A DNA stretch of 64,000 bases from a virus, in IMG/VR virus record IMGVR_UViG_3300028859_000017, positions 16,323 to 80,322 of that record. One strand, 5' to 3'. Under the pieces are notes generated by a model. It worked only from the letters and a program-made list of their open reading frames with translations. It was not told the origin of the DNA and ran no database searches. Position 1 is the first letter of the stretch. The number at the start of each line of letters is the position of its first letter. Shown here piece by piece: positions 37,948-48,100 of the stretch. Made by a program: the position numbers and the translations under genes.

Positions 37948-38484
37948 TTACCACATAACCTGACCCATAGGAACGAAATCACTAGGGTGAAGGGCATAAT
38001 CATCAGGTTCAACTACATCATTATACTTACACCAAGAGGTATTAGCACTAACTTCAAGCATATTAGCCACTAATACTGAGCAGTCCATTGCCCTATAACG
38101 AAATAGCTGCTGAAAAATAGGCTTAAATGTCCAACAACCAAAGGTAAGCCTATGTAAGAAATGGTTTAAGGCAGAATCAGCTAAACATAAATATCCATAA
38201 GGCTCATGTCTCCAAAAACTTTTTTCATTAATTTCTGGAAGATTAAAAGTTGGTCTAAAACAAAAAACTTCCTCAGCATCTTCTAAATAATAAAAAGGAG
38301 CATAGGATAAAGTTCTCAAAGTAAGTGCTTCAAGAATGTATAGCTTTCCATCCACCTCTCTGACAGCAGCTGAATGGACAAAAGAACTTCCTTCAATCAA
38401 TCTAATTAGTTTCTGAAGGAAAGTTGCTTTTTCTTTATGTGTAAAAAGTAAAATATCGCCATGACGCAATTCGGTATACAGCAT
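37948..38484 (-). CDS. permuted papain-like NlpC/P60 amidase (YiiX/YebB-like)
   Basis: GDILLF, HSAA, Y, DCSVLV, P.D order with His before Cys; AGGAGG SD; late-type motif upstream. Confidence 0.8.
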   Translation of the reverse strand: MLYTELRHGDILLFTHKEKATFLQKLIRLIEGSSFVHSAAVREVDGKLYILEALTLRTLSYAPFYYLEDAEEVFCFRPTFNLPEINEKSFWRHEPYGYLCLADSALNHFLHRLTFGCWTFKPIFQQLFRYRAMDCSVLVANMLEVSANTSWCKYNDVVEPDDYALHPSDFVPMGQVMW

Positions 38485-38538
38485 TAAACCTCCTAAAATT
38501 AATTATTTAGGATACCAAATATTTATTTTCAAAAACCC

Positions 38539-38565
38539 TAAAGTTTCTCCAATATTATACGATAA
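38539..38565 (+). promoter_or_regulatory. sigma28/FliA-like promoter with a perfect extended -35
   Basis: TAAAGTTT-N11-TACGATAA. Confidence 0.8.
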
Positions 38566-38670
38566 TAAAGCAGCAACTTGTCGCTTAAATATTAACCTTC
38601 AAGCAAAGCAAAGAAAGCCTAAACAAACAAGTAAAACCTAAAAGATAGAAGTTCAAAACAAAAATAAATC

Positions 38671-38722
38671 GTTCGAAGCGAAGCTGAGAACTGGGTTGAG
38701 AGAACGAAGTTCGAGCAACCCA
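38671..38722 (+). other. twin GAA-triloop hairpins in a purine-rich non-coding strand-switch region (candidate origin or structured RNA)
   Basis: GTTC-gaa-GC(GAA)GC-tga-GAAC abutting TGGGTTG-aga-GAAC(GAA)GTTC-gag-CAACCCA. Confidence 0.6.
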
Positions 38723-38785
38723 TAAGGAACTGGAACTAGAACTAAGAAGATAAATAAGTAGTATGAAAGCTGACAATGAATAACT

Positions 38786-39928
38786 ATGGCTTCTATTAAA
38801 TTTAGACAAAAATTATCTGGAAGACTTAGAACTGGAAAAAGGTCTAAAAAACTTAATACCAGAACTAAGATATCTGAGAATAATAACAATCCTCTTCTAA
38901 TTGTTGATATAACTTATCTTGAGGAATTATTGTTATTCAGACAGCAGTGTAAAACTTCTGCTCTCTATAATAAATCCATAGAAGAATTAGTTAAAAGAGT
39001 ATATACATGGCTATATTCTGCTTTTACTATAATAAACCCTTCTGGAATTCTGTTTATTTCAGAACAAAATACAACTTTAACACAGGCTTTAAATCAGTCT
39101 GTAATATATGGAAATGTTAAAAATATCATATTCTCTTTACTTAATCAACAGATAAATAATAAATCTATCTGTATTCTTTCTAATAATTTAGATTTATGGT
39201 CTCTAGTCTCCTTTTCTGCTAAAATATCTTTTCTGGCTATAAATTCAGATAATAGACTTTATTACTATAATAATAAAACTGGTTTAGATATTCTTTCTAA
39301 ACTTATAGGAACTTATAAAATAGTAAATAAACTTGGATTAGATAGTTTAAAGTATATGAGTCTTCAATATCTTTATATGTTGCTTTTTTATATTCAATTT
39401 ACTAACAAGAAGAAAAATGAAGATTTTTATTTTGATAAAGATTATTTTAAAAACAACTATAAAAAATTTTCTAAATCAAATGGATTAGGTCTGGAACTCA
39501 TAGCTAAAGCCCATAAGTTTTTAAGTTATGCTTTTTTAACTAAACCAGAATTTTTAGATTATTTCTTTCTGGGCAACTCTTCCCACTTCTCCTTAAATCT
39601 TCAGCGTTTAATGAAGCTTTTATATTTTGATAGAGTTTTATTAGAGGGTATGAAAGCATCCTATGATAAAGTTCAAAAACCTTCTGTAATACCTAATATA
39701 GACTTCTCTAATACCCAGCCAGAGCTCCCAAGTCAGTTTAAATGTTATACTATGCTGTGGAATAATGATACCTCCTGTGATAGCCTACAAGAGCAGAAAA
39801 TATTTGATAGAATAAGTAATAGGTATAATAAAAAACTTGAGGAACCTATTGAACAAGCTGAAATTACCGATAATAATAGTATTAATACTGTTGAGAATTA
39901 TGTAAAAAACCTTTTATCGGAGATATAG
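38786..39928 (+). CDS. degenerate PIN/5'-3' exonuclease-like protein
   Basis: LLIVDITYL and CILSNNLDLWSLV parallel LLIDGHNL and IILSNDSDFLQLV of the next gene; most catalytic acids absent. Confidence 0.5.
   Translation: MASIKFRQKLSGRLRTGKRSKKLNTRTKISENNNNPLLIVDITYLEELLLFRQQCKTSALYNKSIEELVKRVYTWLYSAFTIINPSGILFISEQNTTLTQALNQSVIYGNVKNIIFSLLNQQINNKSICILSNNLDLWSLVSFSAKISFLAINSDNRLYYYNNKTGLDILSKLIGTYKIVNKLGLDSLKYMSLQYLYMLLFYIQFTNKKKNEDFYFDKDYFKNNYKKFSKSNGLGLELIAKAHKFLSYAFLTKPEFLDYFFLGNSSHFSLNLQRLMKLLYFDRVLLEGMKASYDKVQKPSVIPNIDFSNTQPELPSQFKCYTMLWNNDTSCDSLQEQKIFDRISNRYNKKLEEPIEQAEITDNNSINTVENYVKNLLSEI
39847..39873 (+). promoter_or_regulatory. sigma28-like promoter (weak -35) upstream of rnh
   Basis: TATT-N15-ACCGATAA within the 3' end of the previous gene. 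Confidence 0.5.
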
Positions 39929-40983
39929 TGGTAAGTCCTAAATTCATGGATTCACAAAATGTTCTCTTAATTGATGGACACAATCTCTTAATAAGGGTAA
40001 TGTTTTCTAAGAATAAGGGTTCAGTAGTGATATCCGAACCTGAGTTAATACAGGAATGTGCTGAAATTTTTATTAATCAAATCAGTCTTTGTATCAGGAA
40101 ATATTCTTGTAAGCGACTTTATGTAGCATTTGATAATGGTGGCTCTATAAGAAAGAAAGCTATCTTTGAAGCATATAAAGCAAATAGACCTGCCTCAGGA
40201 ACTAACTATGGACAAGTTTCCGCTTTTAATGATACTAGTAGTGATTTATTTAGTAAGTTAAAAGAAAAAGTATTAGAGCTTTGTAATATACTTAATCTAA
40301 CTGTTTTCTGTGAGTATGGAATAGAAGCAGATGATTACATAGGAATTGCTACTAAAGAGCTTACTAATATAGGTAAGCAAGTTATTATTCTGAGTAATGA
40401 TAGCGACTTTCTTCAGCTTGTTAGAACCCCTTCTGTAATTTGTTCTATTCCCTATAATAAATCAGAGGTATCTTTAGATAATTTTACTCGTTACTTTTCT
40501 GAATTGCCAAAAACAAAAGGAGTAACTATTAGTAGTTATGAATATTTGTTTTATAAGGTTATAGTTGGAGATACTTCAGATAATATTAATGGAATTAAAG
40601 GAATTGGTTATAAGACTTTATTTAAATTAATGAAAGAACAATTACCATTAGAAAATAAATCTACTTTAGATATTTATGTTAAAAATAATTTAGATTATAT
40701 TAAACTTCTTTCTTCACGGAATTCAACTAAATTAGAGAAACTTATTCACGAGAATATAGAATTACTTGAACGTAATTATAAGTTAATAGATTTAACTTCT
40801 TCTGTAATTTCTTCAAATACAGTATCCTTAACCTTAAAAAAGTTATTAGAGGTCGGTGAGCTTCCTGGAAAAAAAGAAACCATTCATAAATTTCATGAGT
40901 TATTTCCATTAGCTACTAATTATATAGACTTTGTTATCAGCACTTTATTTGCCTTTAAACCGGTCTATAAAGAACCTGAGTAA
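39928..40983 (+). CDS. rnh: RNase H / 5'-3' flap exonuclease
   Basis: LIDGHN, AFD, YKANR, EADD, SNDSD, GDTSDNI.GIKGIG.KT. Confidence 0.93.
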   Translation: MVSPKFMDSQNVLLIDGHNLLIRVMFSKNKGSVVISEPELIQECAEIFINQISLCIRKYSCKRLYVAFDNGGSIRKKAIFEAYKANRPASGTNYGQVSAFNDTSSDLFSKLKEKVLELCNILNLTVFCEYGIEADDYIGIATKELTNIGKQVIILSNDSDFLQLVRTPSVICSIPYNKSEVSLDNFTRYFSELPKTKGVTISSYEYLFYKVIVGDTSDNINGIKGIGYKTLFKLMKEQLPLENKSTLDIYVKNNLDYIKLLSSRNSTKLEKLIHENIELLERNYKLIDLTSSVISSNTVSLTLKKLLEVGELPGKKETIHKFHELFPLATNYIDFVISTLFAFKPVYKEPE

Positions 40984-40994
40984 TTTGTCGATAC
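40968..40994 (+). promoter_or_regulatory. sigma28/FliA-like promoter of primase
   Basis: TAAA-N15-GTCGATAC, then GGGAGG SD. Confidence 0.8.
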
Positions 40995-41012
40995 TTACTG
41001 TGGGAGGTTGCA

Positions 41013-41915
41013 ATGTCTGACTCTGAGTATGTGATAAACTGTCCAAGATGTGATTCTTGTAAGTCTCCTAAGCTTTATGTAAATCCAACGAAGGCAATGT
41101 TTAATTGCTTCAGATGTGGATGGCATGGTAGGCTTTCTGAATTGTATAAATATCCTGAGATAATATCTTCTTTACAAGATAAGATTAGCTTATCTGAATT
41201 TACTAAGTTGAAATCTTTTAAACCTTTAACAGTTAAGAATGTAGATGCCTTAGAGGATTTAAATCCAGTTCGTGAAATTTCCTTTGAAGATGCTCAATAT
41301 TCTTACTTAGTTTCAAGAGGATGGTCAGAGGAGCTTATTTTTATTTACAGACCTTTAGTTTCTTTAAATCCTGCTTATTTAGATAGGGTTATTTTGCCTG
41401 TGATTAGAGAAGATAAGATAGTTTATTGGACCGCAAGAAGTATTAAATCAGATGGCTCAATGAAATATAAAAATCCTTCTATCCCAAGAAAGGATATTAT
41501 ATTTGAGTCTAAGTTATCTGAAAATAAGTTTTTTCCAGATAGTTTAGTAATATGTGAGGGTATTTTTGATGCTTGCTCTATTCCAAATGCTGTGGCTTTA
41601 TTTGGAAAAACTATAACCAAGGAAAATGAGACTAACTTACTTCAAAAATTAATGGGAAAATCTAAGGTATATGTAGCATTGGATTTTGGAGCAGAATCTT
41701 GGATACAAACTATCTGTAGTAAGCTTCATAATTGGATGCCTAATAAGGAGGTATACTACATAGATACTTCTAAATATAAAGACAATGATTTAGGAAAATT
41801 AGCTGAGACTTTAAGTTCCTTTGATTTAATGGCTTGGATACAAACAAATAGTATTAGATATATGCCACAATCAACAATGGAAACTTTAAAGAGTAGACTG
41901 AAGCTGTATAATTAA
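41013..41915 (+). CDS. DNA primase (gp61-like)
   Basis: CPRC...CFRC zinc domain, KYKNP, CEGIFD and ALD TOPRIM motifs. Confidence 0.92.
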   Translation: MSDSEYVINCPRCDSCKSPKLYVNPTKAMFNCFRCGWHGRLSELYKYPEIISSLQDKISLSEFTKLKSFKPLTVKNVDALEDLNPVREISFEDAQYSYLVSRGWSEELIFIYRPLVSLNPAYLDRVILPVIREDKIVYWTARSIKSDGSMKYKNPSIPRKDIIFESKLSENKFFPDSLVICEGIFDACSIPNAVALFGKTITKENETNLLQKLMGKSKVYVALDFGAESWIQTICSKLHNWMPNKEVYYIDTSKYKDNDLGKLAETLSSFDLMAWIQTNSIRYMPQSTMETLKSRLKLYN

Positions 41916-41919
41916 GTTT

Positions 41920-43056
41920 ATGGATATTCCAAAATTTATTATCTCAGAAAATTTTTCATGGCTTCTAAAAGAATTAGAGGCATATGACGATCCAAAGGTT
42001 ACTTATAAATGGCAGGGCCGCAAAGATTTAAGAGGTGGCCTTAGGATGATGTATAGAGAGTATGTTGATTTTGCTAAAAATGTAATTATAACTAAATCTC
42101 CCTCTCCTACTAATGTTAGTTTTGGTGCTACCACAGTAGAGTGTGATGAGTGGCATGTCCTACACAATGACTATCAAAATAAAGAGTTAAAGGAAAGATA
42201 TCCTAAAAATGGTTATACTTGTTTAGTTACGAGTAGAAATTCATTACTAAATGGAACAGCTACTCGTTATTATTGTTCTTGTGATTGTATGGCATTTCAG
42301 ACTTTATTTAAGTCAGAAATGCTAAAATATGGATATACAAATGGAACTACTTTACCTTCTACAGGCGTGAAAAAACAACAGGCTGCTGTATGTAAGCATT
42401 TATTTTCTATATTGACCAAGAAATATGCTGATTTTATCTCCAAAGAATCTGGCCCTGAAGAAAGTGCCTTTATTGTATCTAAGGAAATTAAGGCACAAGA
42501 ACAACCCTTGCCAGCTGAACCTATTCAAGCAGTTTCGCCAAGTGAAGTAAAGAAAAGGGGAAGAATTGCTAAGACTACAGATGAGCGTAAAGCAGATTAT
42601 GAGAAAGTAATTAGACGCTCTTTAAAGTTCTTTAGTAATGTTATGCCAAATACTGTTGAAGTGTATAAAAATTCCAGAGCTAAAAATGCTTCTGGAGAAT
42701 TATATAAGAAATACAAATTTATGGTTAAGAAGTATTTTCAAGGTTGGGTTATTGTGTTTACTAATCCAGCACTCAATCCATTACGAGATAAAATAAAAGA
42801 TAAAGACTTAGTTCCAATAATGACTAGATTAGCTAATAAGACAGTTCCCTCTGGAGATACTATAGTAGTATACACTAAGTATTTTTCAAAAGATGAACTT
42901 ATGAATATGATTAAATCAGAAACTAGAGAAATACAGCAAAATCAAATAGATAAACTTAACAAATCTGGAATAGCCTATACTTTAACAGAAGGAATAGAGA
43001 TTTTAGATAGTGACGATAATACTTCAATACTTCACGTATTACTAGGGGTTTCTTAA
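41920..43056 (+). CDS. SWIM zinc-finger protein
   Basis: CSCDC..F...VCKHL. Confidence 0.7.
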   Translation: MDIPKFIISENFSWLLKELEAYDDPKVTYKWQGRKDLRGGLRMMYREYVDFAKNVIITKSPSPTNVSFGATTVECDEWHVLHNDYQNKELKERYPKNGYTCLVTSRNSLLNGTATRYYCSCDCMAFQTLFKSEMLKYGYTNGTTLPSTGVKKQQAAVCKHLFSILTKKYADFISKESGPEESAFIVSKEIKAQEQPLPAEPIQAVSPSEVKKRGRIAKTTDERKADYEKVIRRSLKFFSNVMPNTVEVYKNSRAKNASGELYKKYKFMVKKYFQGWVIVFTNPALNPLRDKIKDKDLVPIMTRLANKTVPSGDTIVVYTKYFSKDELMNMIKSETREIQQNQIDKLNKSGIAYTLTEGIEILDSDDNTSILHVLLGVS

Positions 43057-43457
43057 TGACTATAACTCTTATATTTGAAAAAACTGTAGCTGTAAAATAT
43101 GATACAGTTAATTATCCTGCTGATACTACTGCTGCTTTAGTTAGGCCTTACACAGATTTGCTAGTTGTTTCTAGCAATACTGATACTCCTCCGCAAGTTA
43201 CGGATTTCGATGCCACTCAAATATCTGTGTTTTATAATGGCCAGGAACTAGGGACTACTACCACTTCAAAATATTTTTATTCAGTTACCGCAACCCCAGC
43301 AAGCCCTTCTACAGCTACCTTAACTGGTTTTACTATTACAATACATGCCAATCAATCTTATACTAGTCCAGGATATGTTGGTCAGACTGCTTATGCCCTT
43401 TTAATAGGTCCTAACGATTTATTCTTCTTAAATTATACTTATACAATATATAGTTAG
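43056..43457 (+). CDS. hypothetical protein (Thr-rich, virion-like)
   Basis: 133 aa, TAATG coupled start, GGGG SD. Confidence 0.6.
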   Translation: MTITLIFEKTVAVKYDTVNYPADTTAALVRPYTDLLVVSSNTDTPPQVTDFDATQISVFYNGQELGTTTTSKYFYSVTATPASPSTATLTGFTITIHANQSYTSPGYVGQTAYALLIGPNDLFFLNYTYTIYS

Positions 43458-43464
43458 GAATATA

Positions 43465-43950
43465 ATGCTAAAAACGCAAGAGAAACTTTTACAAGATGCT
43501 AAAATACAAATAGCACAATATTTGTATAGGTCATTACAAGAACCTACTAATGTCTTAACTATGCTGCTACAGGATATTTCTGGTAATGGAAATCTAAATT
43601 GGCAGATGGATTCAAATAAAAATAAATTATCTAAAGTATTTTATGAGATAGCTAAAAAAATAAATGCCTACACTTTAGATAATGGTGATTTTAGAACTTA
43701 TGTTTTATTACAATTAGTTGAAATTGTATATAATGAATATAAAGAAGAATTATTTACCCAGTTTTTACAGCAAGGGTATAATGCCCTACCTGAAAGTATA
43801 GTAGCTTCTTTGTCTGATGACTATTCTAAACAGCCTCCACAAAATACAAATTTTCCAGGAACTGAAAATACGTCAGATAAATTTATACCTATTTCAGTAA
43901 AAGACAGATTAATACCTGAAGCCTTATACTCAGTAAAAGACATTGATTAA
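43465..43950 (+). CDS. hypothetical protein
   Basis: 161-aa ORF, AGGA SD. Confidence 0.65.
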   Translation: MLKTQEKLLQDAKIQIAQYLYRSLQEPTNVLTMLLQDISGNGNLNWQMDSNKNKLSKVFYEIAKKINAYTLDNGDFRTYVLLQLVEIVYNEYKEELFTQFLQQGYNALPESIVASLSDDYSKQPPQNTNFPGTENTSDKFIPISVKDRLIPEALYSVKDID

Positions 43951-44314
43951 AAAACTAAAGTTGACTGATTTTTTATCCCATACCTCTATTATCGACAGTC
44001 CTTTAACTTTTCAACCAAAGGAATTCGACAATATGAGTTATCCTATGTCGGATTTTTATAAGGCCATATCAGAACATACTGGATTATTTATAGTTAATGG
44101 TATAAGTTATACCTCTCTTATACCATCTATAAATAATCTATATTTTTTTATTAAGGAGTCAGTCAATGTTGAATACTTGTTATCTTTCAATGCTATTATT
44201 GACATTAAACAGAAAAAGCTTAATGAATTTATAGTGTTTTATTATCCAGATAGTAAGGTAACTATATTATTACAGGATTTTAATAATGTCAAAGAAAACA
44301 AAACAACAACTTAA
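43943..44314 (+). CDS. hypothetical protein
   Basis: 123-aa ORF tiling the operon; start uncertain. Confidence 0.55.
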   Translation: MIKKLKLTDFLSHTSIIDSPLTFQPKEFDNMSYPMSDFYKAISEHTGLFIVNGISYTSLIPSINNLYFFIKESVNVEYLLSFNAIIDIKQKKLNEFIVFYYPDSKVTILLQDFNNVKENKTTT

Positions 44315-44699
44315 GGCCAATCTATATGAGAATGATTATGATTATTTTGAAGAAGAGTTAGAAGCTCCAGTAACTAAATTTAAACATATAACTAATACAG
44401 TAGTTAAAAAAATAAAACCAATAGTTATACAGACAACAGGAGTTACTGAAGCTGAAAAAAAGTTAGAATTACAAAATAAAGTCTTTGGTGGAAAAATATC
44501 AGATAAAACTGTCTCTTGTAATTGTAATAAATGTGGTCATCATATTAATGGAGTATTAGTAAGTACTATTTATTCTCCCATTTCTGATTTGGTAACTCCC
44601 TTTATTTCTTATGAGTGTTCTTATTGTAAACACATAGGCTATAGAAGTGTTAAAGAAAAATCATTAATAGCAAAAGAATTTGATGCAATTTATTTCTAA
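44286..44699 (+). CDS. zinc-ribbon hypothetical protein
   Basis: CNKCGH...CSYCKH; AGGA SD. Confidence 0.65.
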   Translation: MSKKTKQQLKANLYENDYDYFEEELEAPVTKFKHITNTVVKKIKPIVIQTTGVTEAEKKLELQNKVFGGKISDKTVSCNCNKCGHHINGVLVSTIYSPISDLVTPFISYECSYCKHIGYRSVKEKSLIAKEFDAIYF

Positions 44700-44710
44700 T
44701 TTACCGATAT
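44684..44710 (+). promoter_or_regulatory. sigma28-like promoter
   Basis: TGCAATTT-N11-ACCGATAT. Confidence 0.6.
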
Positions 44711-44731
44711 TTTAATAAAGGACTTTAACTT

Positions 44732-45073
44732 ATGGATTTAATAAAGAAAGCATATGTTTGTGTTAATTGTAAACACAAGGGAGTAATTCTTAATGCTATT
44801 AAAAAGAACGAAGTAATTAGTACTGATTTTTTAAGTGATTATGTTAGACCTTTGGGAATAATTACTGATTCAAAAATTTATAAATACAATATCATTAGAG
44901 ATGACTGTGACATTGTTGTAAGTAAGAAACCTTTTGAGTGTGTGTGTGAGAAGTGTGGAAAATCCTCAATAGAATATATACCAACTCAGAAGTTTGATAA
45001 TGTTCTTAACTTCTATAGTGCTGCTGAACCTGAGAAATGGCTTAGGGGCTTTAATGGCTTGGGAAAACGGTAG
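44732..45073 (+). CDS. zinc-ribbon hypothetical protein
   Basis: CVNC...CEKCG; AAGGA SD. Confidence 0.65.
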   Translation: MDLIKKAYVCVNCKHKGVILNAIKKNEVISTDFLSDYVRPLGIITDSKIYKYNIIRDDCDIVVSKKPFECVCEKCGKSSIEYIPTQKFDNVLNFYSAAEPEKWLRGFNGLGKR

Positions 45074-45114
45074 AATAGTAATTAAATGTAGTAAGTTTTT
45101 ACATCTGAAGGATT

Positions 45115-48100
45115 GTGATGGTTGACCGTTTATTTAAAAACCTTTTTCAAGAAGCTAAAAGTCCACGAAGAATAAAAGACCCCTTAGCTTTTACTTCACT
45201 AGCTAAGAAGGAAGAAGAGTCAAAGGGTAAGAAACCAGATAAGAAAACCGTAGCTGTTAATGAGCCTTCTGTGGATACTACTCCACTCTCTTTCAATACC
45301 CTAGATAGTGAAAAACGAGTTGAGGAATTAGCTAAATCTAAGTATGTCAATAAGGCTACTTCAGAAAGTGACCCCAATAAAAATTCAGAGGATACTAATT
45401 TAGAAGCTAGATGGGCAGAAGAAAAGGCCCAATATGGCTCTTCTTATATTAAAAATAGAAAATCAGTAAATGAGTTCTTTGAGGATGCCAAAGAATTACC
45501 CGTACTTATAAGTAGTGGAAGATGTAGATATCTAGTAGATAGTATTAAGAATATAATAACCACTAACGAAAATGTATTAGCTGCTTCAGAAACTGACCCT
45601 TCATTTAAAGAGTTAATGTTATTGCTATCAAACCAATCAAATTTCGGTTTAAATTCAAGAAAGCTTAGTGATGTAAATGCTAATATGCCAGGATATGTAT
45701 TTTTTCTATCCTTGGTTTTTCCACTATTAGAACAGAATATAGTGGTTGATTTTTTTAAAAATGCCAATACAGTAAATTTCTTTTCTTCCCTACAAAAAAT
45801 GTATTCTGGAACTATTTTTAACTCAATAGAATTTTCACCAGAAACTAATTTCAATTCCTTAGAACACATAAAAGACAGTAAGTTAAAATCATTTATTCAT
45901 ATATTACAAGAGAGTGTTGTATCTGATTCTGAAGAAGATGCTGAAATTAAACGATTACTTTCTATAGGGTTAAACTATGTAGCATTAGGAATGAAAGAAA
46001 GTACAATAAAAGCTATTGGCAATAATAAGCATAGAAATGAAATTTCAAAAACTATTTATTATTCTATTTTAAGTTCATATACTCCATTTAATATGGACTT
46101 ATTTCAATTAGACAATAAAAAAGTAACTGATAATATGGCAAGTAATCGCACTTCTGATGACTTTTTGACTTCTAGTGCTGATACACTAGTAGCAGCTAAA
46201 AGAACTTTAATACTAGAAGACCCTATTCTAACTAAGGGCACTTTAGGTAGAAACATAAGAGATGAATTAGCTTTTACTTATGCAAAAAATAGTGATAAGC
46301 TTAAAAAGCAAAGAAAGAATACCAGAATAGCAAAAGTAAGAGAAGTTGAAAAGATAAATAATGACACTATTAAATTTTTTCATGTGGTAGTAGAGAATTT
46401 CCCAGAATTAAAAGACTCCTTTACTGAATTAGATAATATTTTAGAGGACTTTTTTACAGAGACTTCCTTACCTACTAAGGAAGAAGATAAAAATCAAAAC
46501 GATAAGTTAACTAGTCTGTGTCATGAGGCTTTTGAGAGGCTACATACTTTTGCAATAAATGGTCTAGATAAGTTAGATGTAGTTTTAACTAATCCGGATT
46601 ATCTAACCAATATTTTTAATTCAGCAATAAAAAATAATCCAAAAATATTAGAGGAATTATCAACAGAGCAGGATAGACTGTCTTATGTGAATAGCACATA
46701 TGTGGCTCCATTTAAGGCTACTCTAGAAAGAAAATATAGAGAGTTTTCAGAAGTTACTGAGGGTGATATTTATGTATTACTTAAGACAGTAGTTTCTATA
46801 ACACTGGCTAAAACTGGCTTGTTATCTATAAAAGAATTAAAGAAGAATTTAGAAGAAACATATAAAAAGCATTTAAGTGATGCTTCCCTTACTTCAAATG
46901 GATATAGATTTGATGGCTTTATCTTTTTTAGAAGTGTATTAAAATTAGATGAACTTTTATTGGAAGCTGATAAGATAGTAAGAAAATCTCCCAAACAATT
47001 AGAGGCTTCTTTAAATACTAAAAAAGCAGAGAGAGATACTCATGCGGATTATTTTAATCAGCTACAGACTGCTAGAAAGAGAATTTTAGATACAGAGTAT
47101 TTATTACATCATATGAATGCTGCGGTATCCCTTTTATTTAAAAAGATTTCTGCTAAAATAGCTAATGCTGATTTAGCTACTCTGAGAGAATTAGTATTTG
47201 GTATAGAAGATACTGATAAAGAAACTAATAATGGACTATCATCGTTCTTTAATGATTTAATAAAGGATATATCAGCTAATTTCTTTTCTGAGCAATCTCC
47301 ATATAAATTATACCTGCTATCAGAGGAAGATATACTACAAAATTCAGAAAAGGCCAATATTTTAATTGTTAATGATTTAATACAAAAAGCCAAGAATAAA
47401 GTGTTAGCCACTGAAGGTGTTTTCAGTACTAATATGGATTATTATGAAGGTTTAACTAATGACTATATAGACTTTATCAATTTAGCTGCCTCAATACAAA
47501 AGAATTTTTCTGGTCTAAGTATGACTTCTGAGGGTATTCCAGAATTAAACTTCAATCTTGACCCAGCAAGTGATTCTAATAGTTTCTTCGGTAATTTTTT
47601 TAGTGGATTACCTACTACTGTATCTATTAATCCAATAGCAACTTTATGTTTTCATAAGTTTATTCTTTCTAAATTAACCTCTTTAGTATCTCCAGTATTA
47701 CAGACTGTTTCTGTAGATAGAATTCTTTTACCAGATGTTAAAAAGGCTAATAAAGGTGCTGTATCGCAAATAGATGCTTATTTTAAAAACTTATATTCAG
47801 TATCAGTAATTGGACTTAAAACAGCTATTAAAGACATAGATGCTAGAATACTAGAGGCTGCGGGTAATACTACTCAACGATTCGTTTTAAGTGCTGAGAA
47901 CTCAAGTACCTATTTTATTCCAGGTGAAATAAATGAGGATTTTAATAAATTTACAATGTTATTAGGAAGTAAGGCTGTATTATATGCCCTTAGAAAATCT
48001 AATAACCTAAAAAATTCTGCTCAGTTGTTTTTTAATAGTATAGCTGTTTCTCAGGCTTTTGAATCTACTCCAAAAACTAGTGACCCAGCAACTGACCCGT

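Noticed and set aside
38585-38889. Minus-strand ORFs across the strand-switch gap
   Set aside because: Low-complexity Leu/Ser/Phe translations that arise from the A-rich plus strand; no SD
43989-43996. GTCGATAA on the minus strand as another sigma28-like promoter
   Set aside because: Intragenic and antisense, and the -35 position reads GTTG
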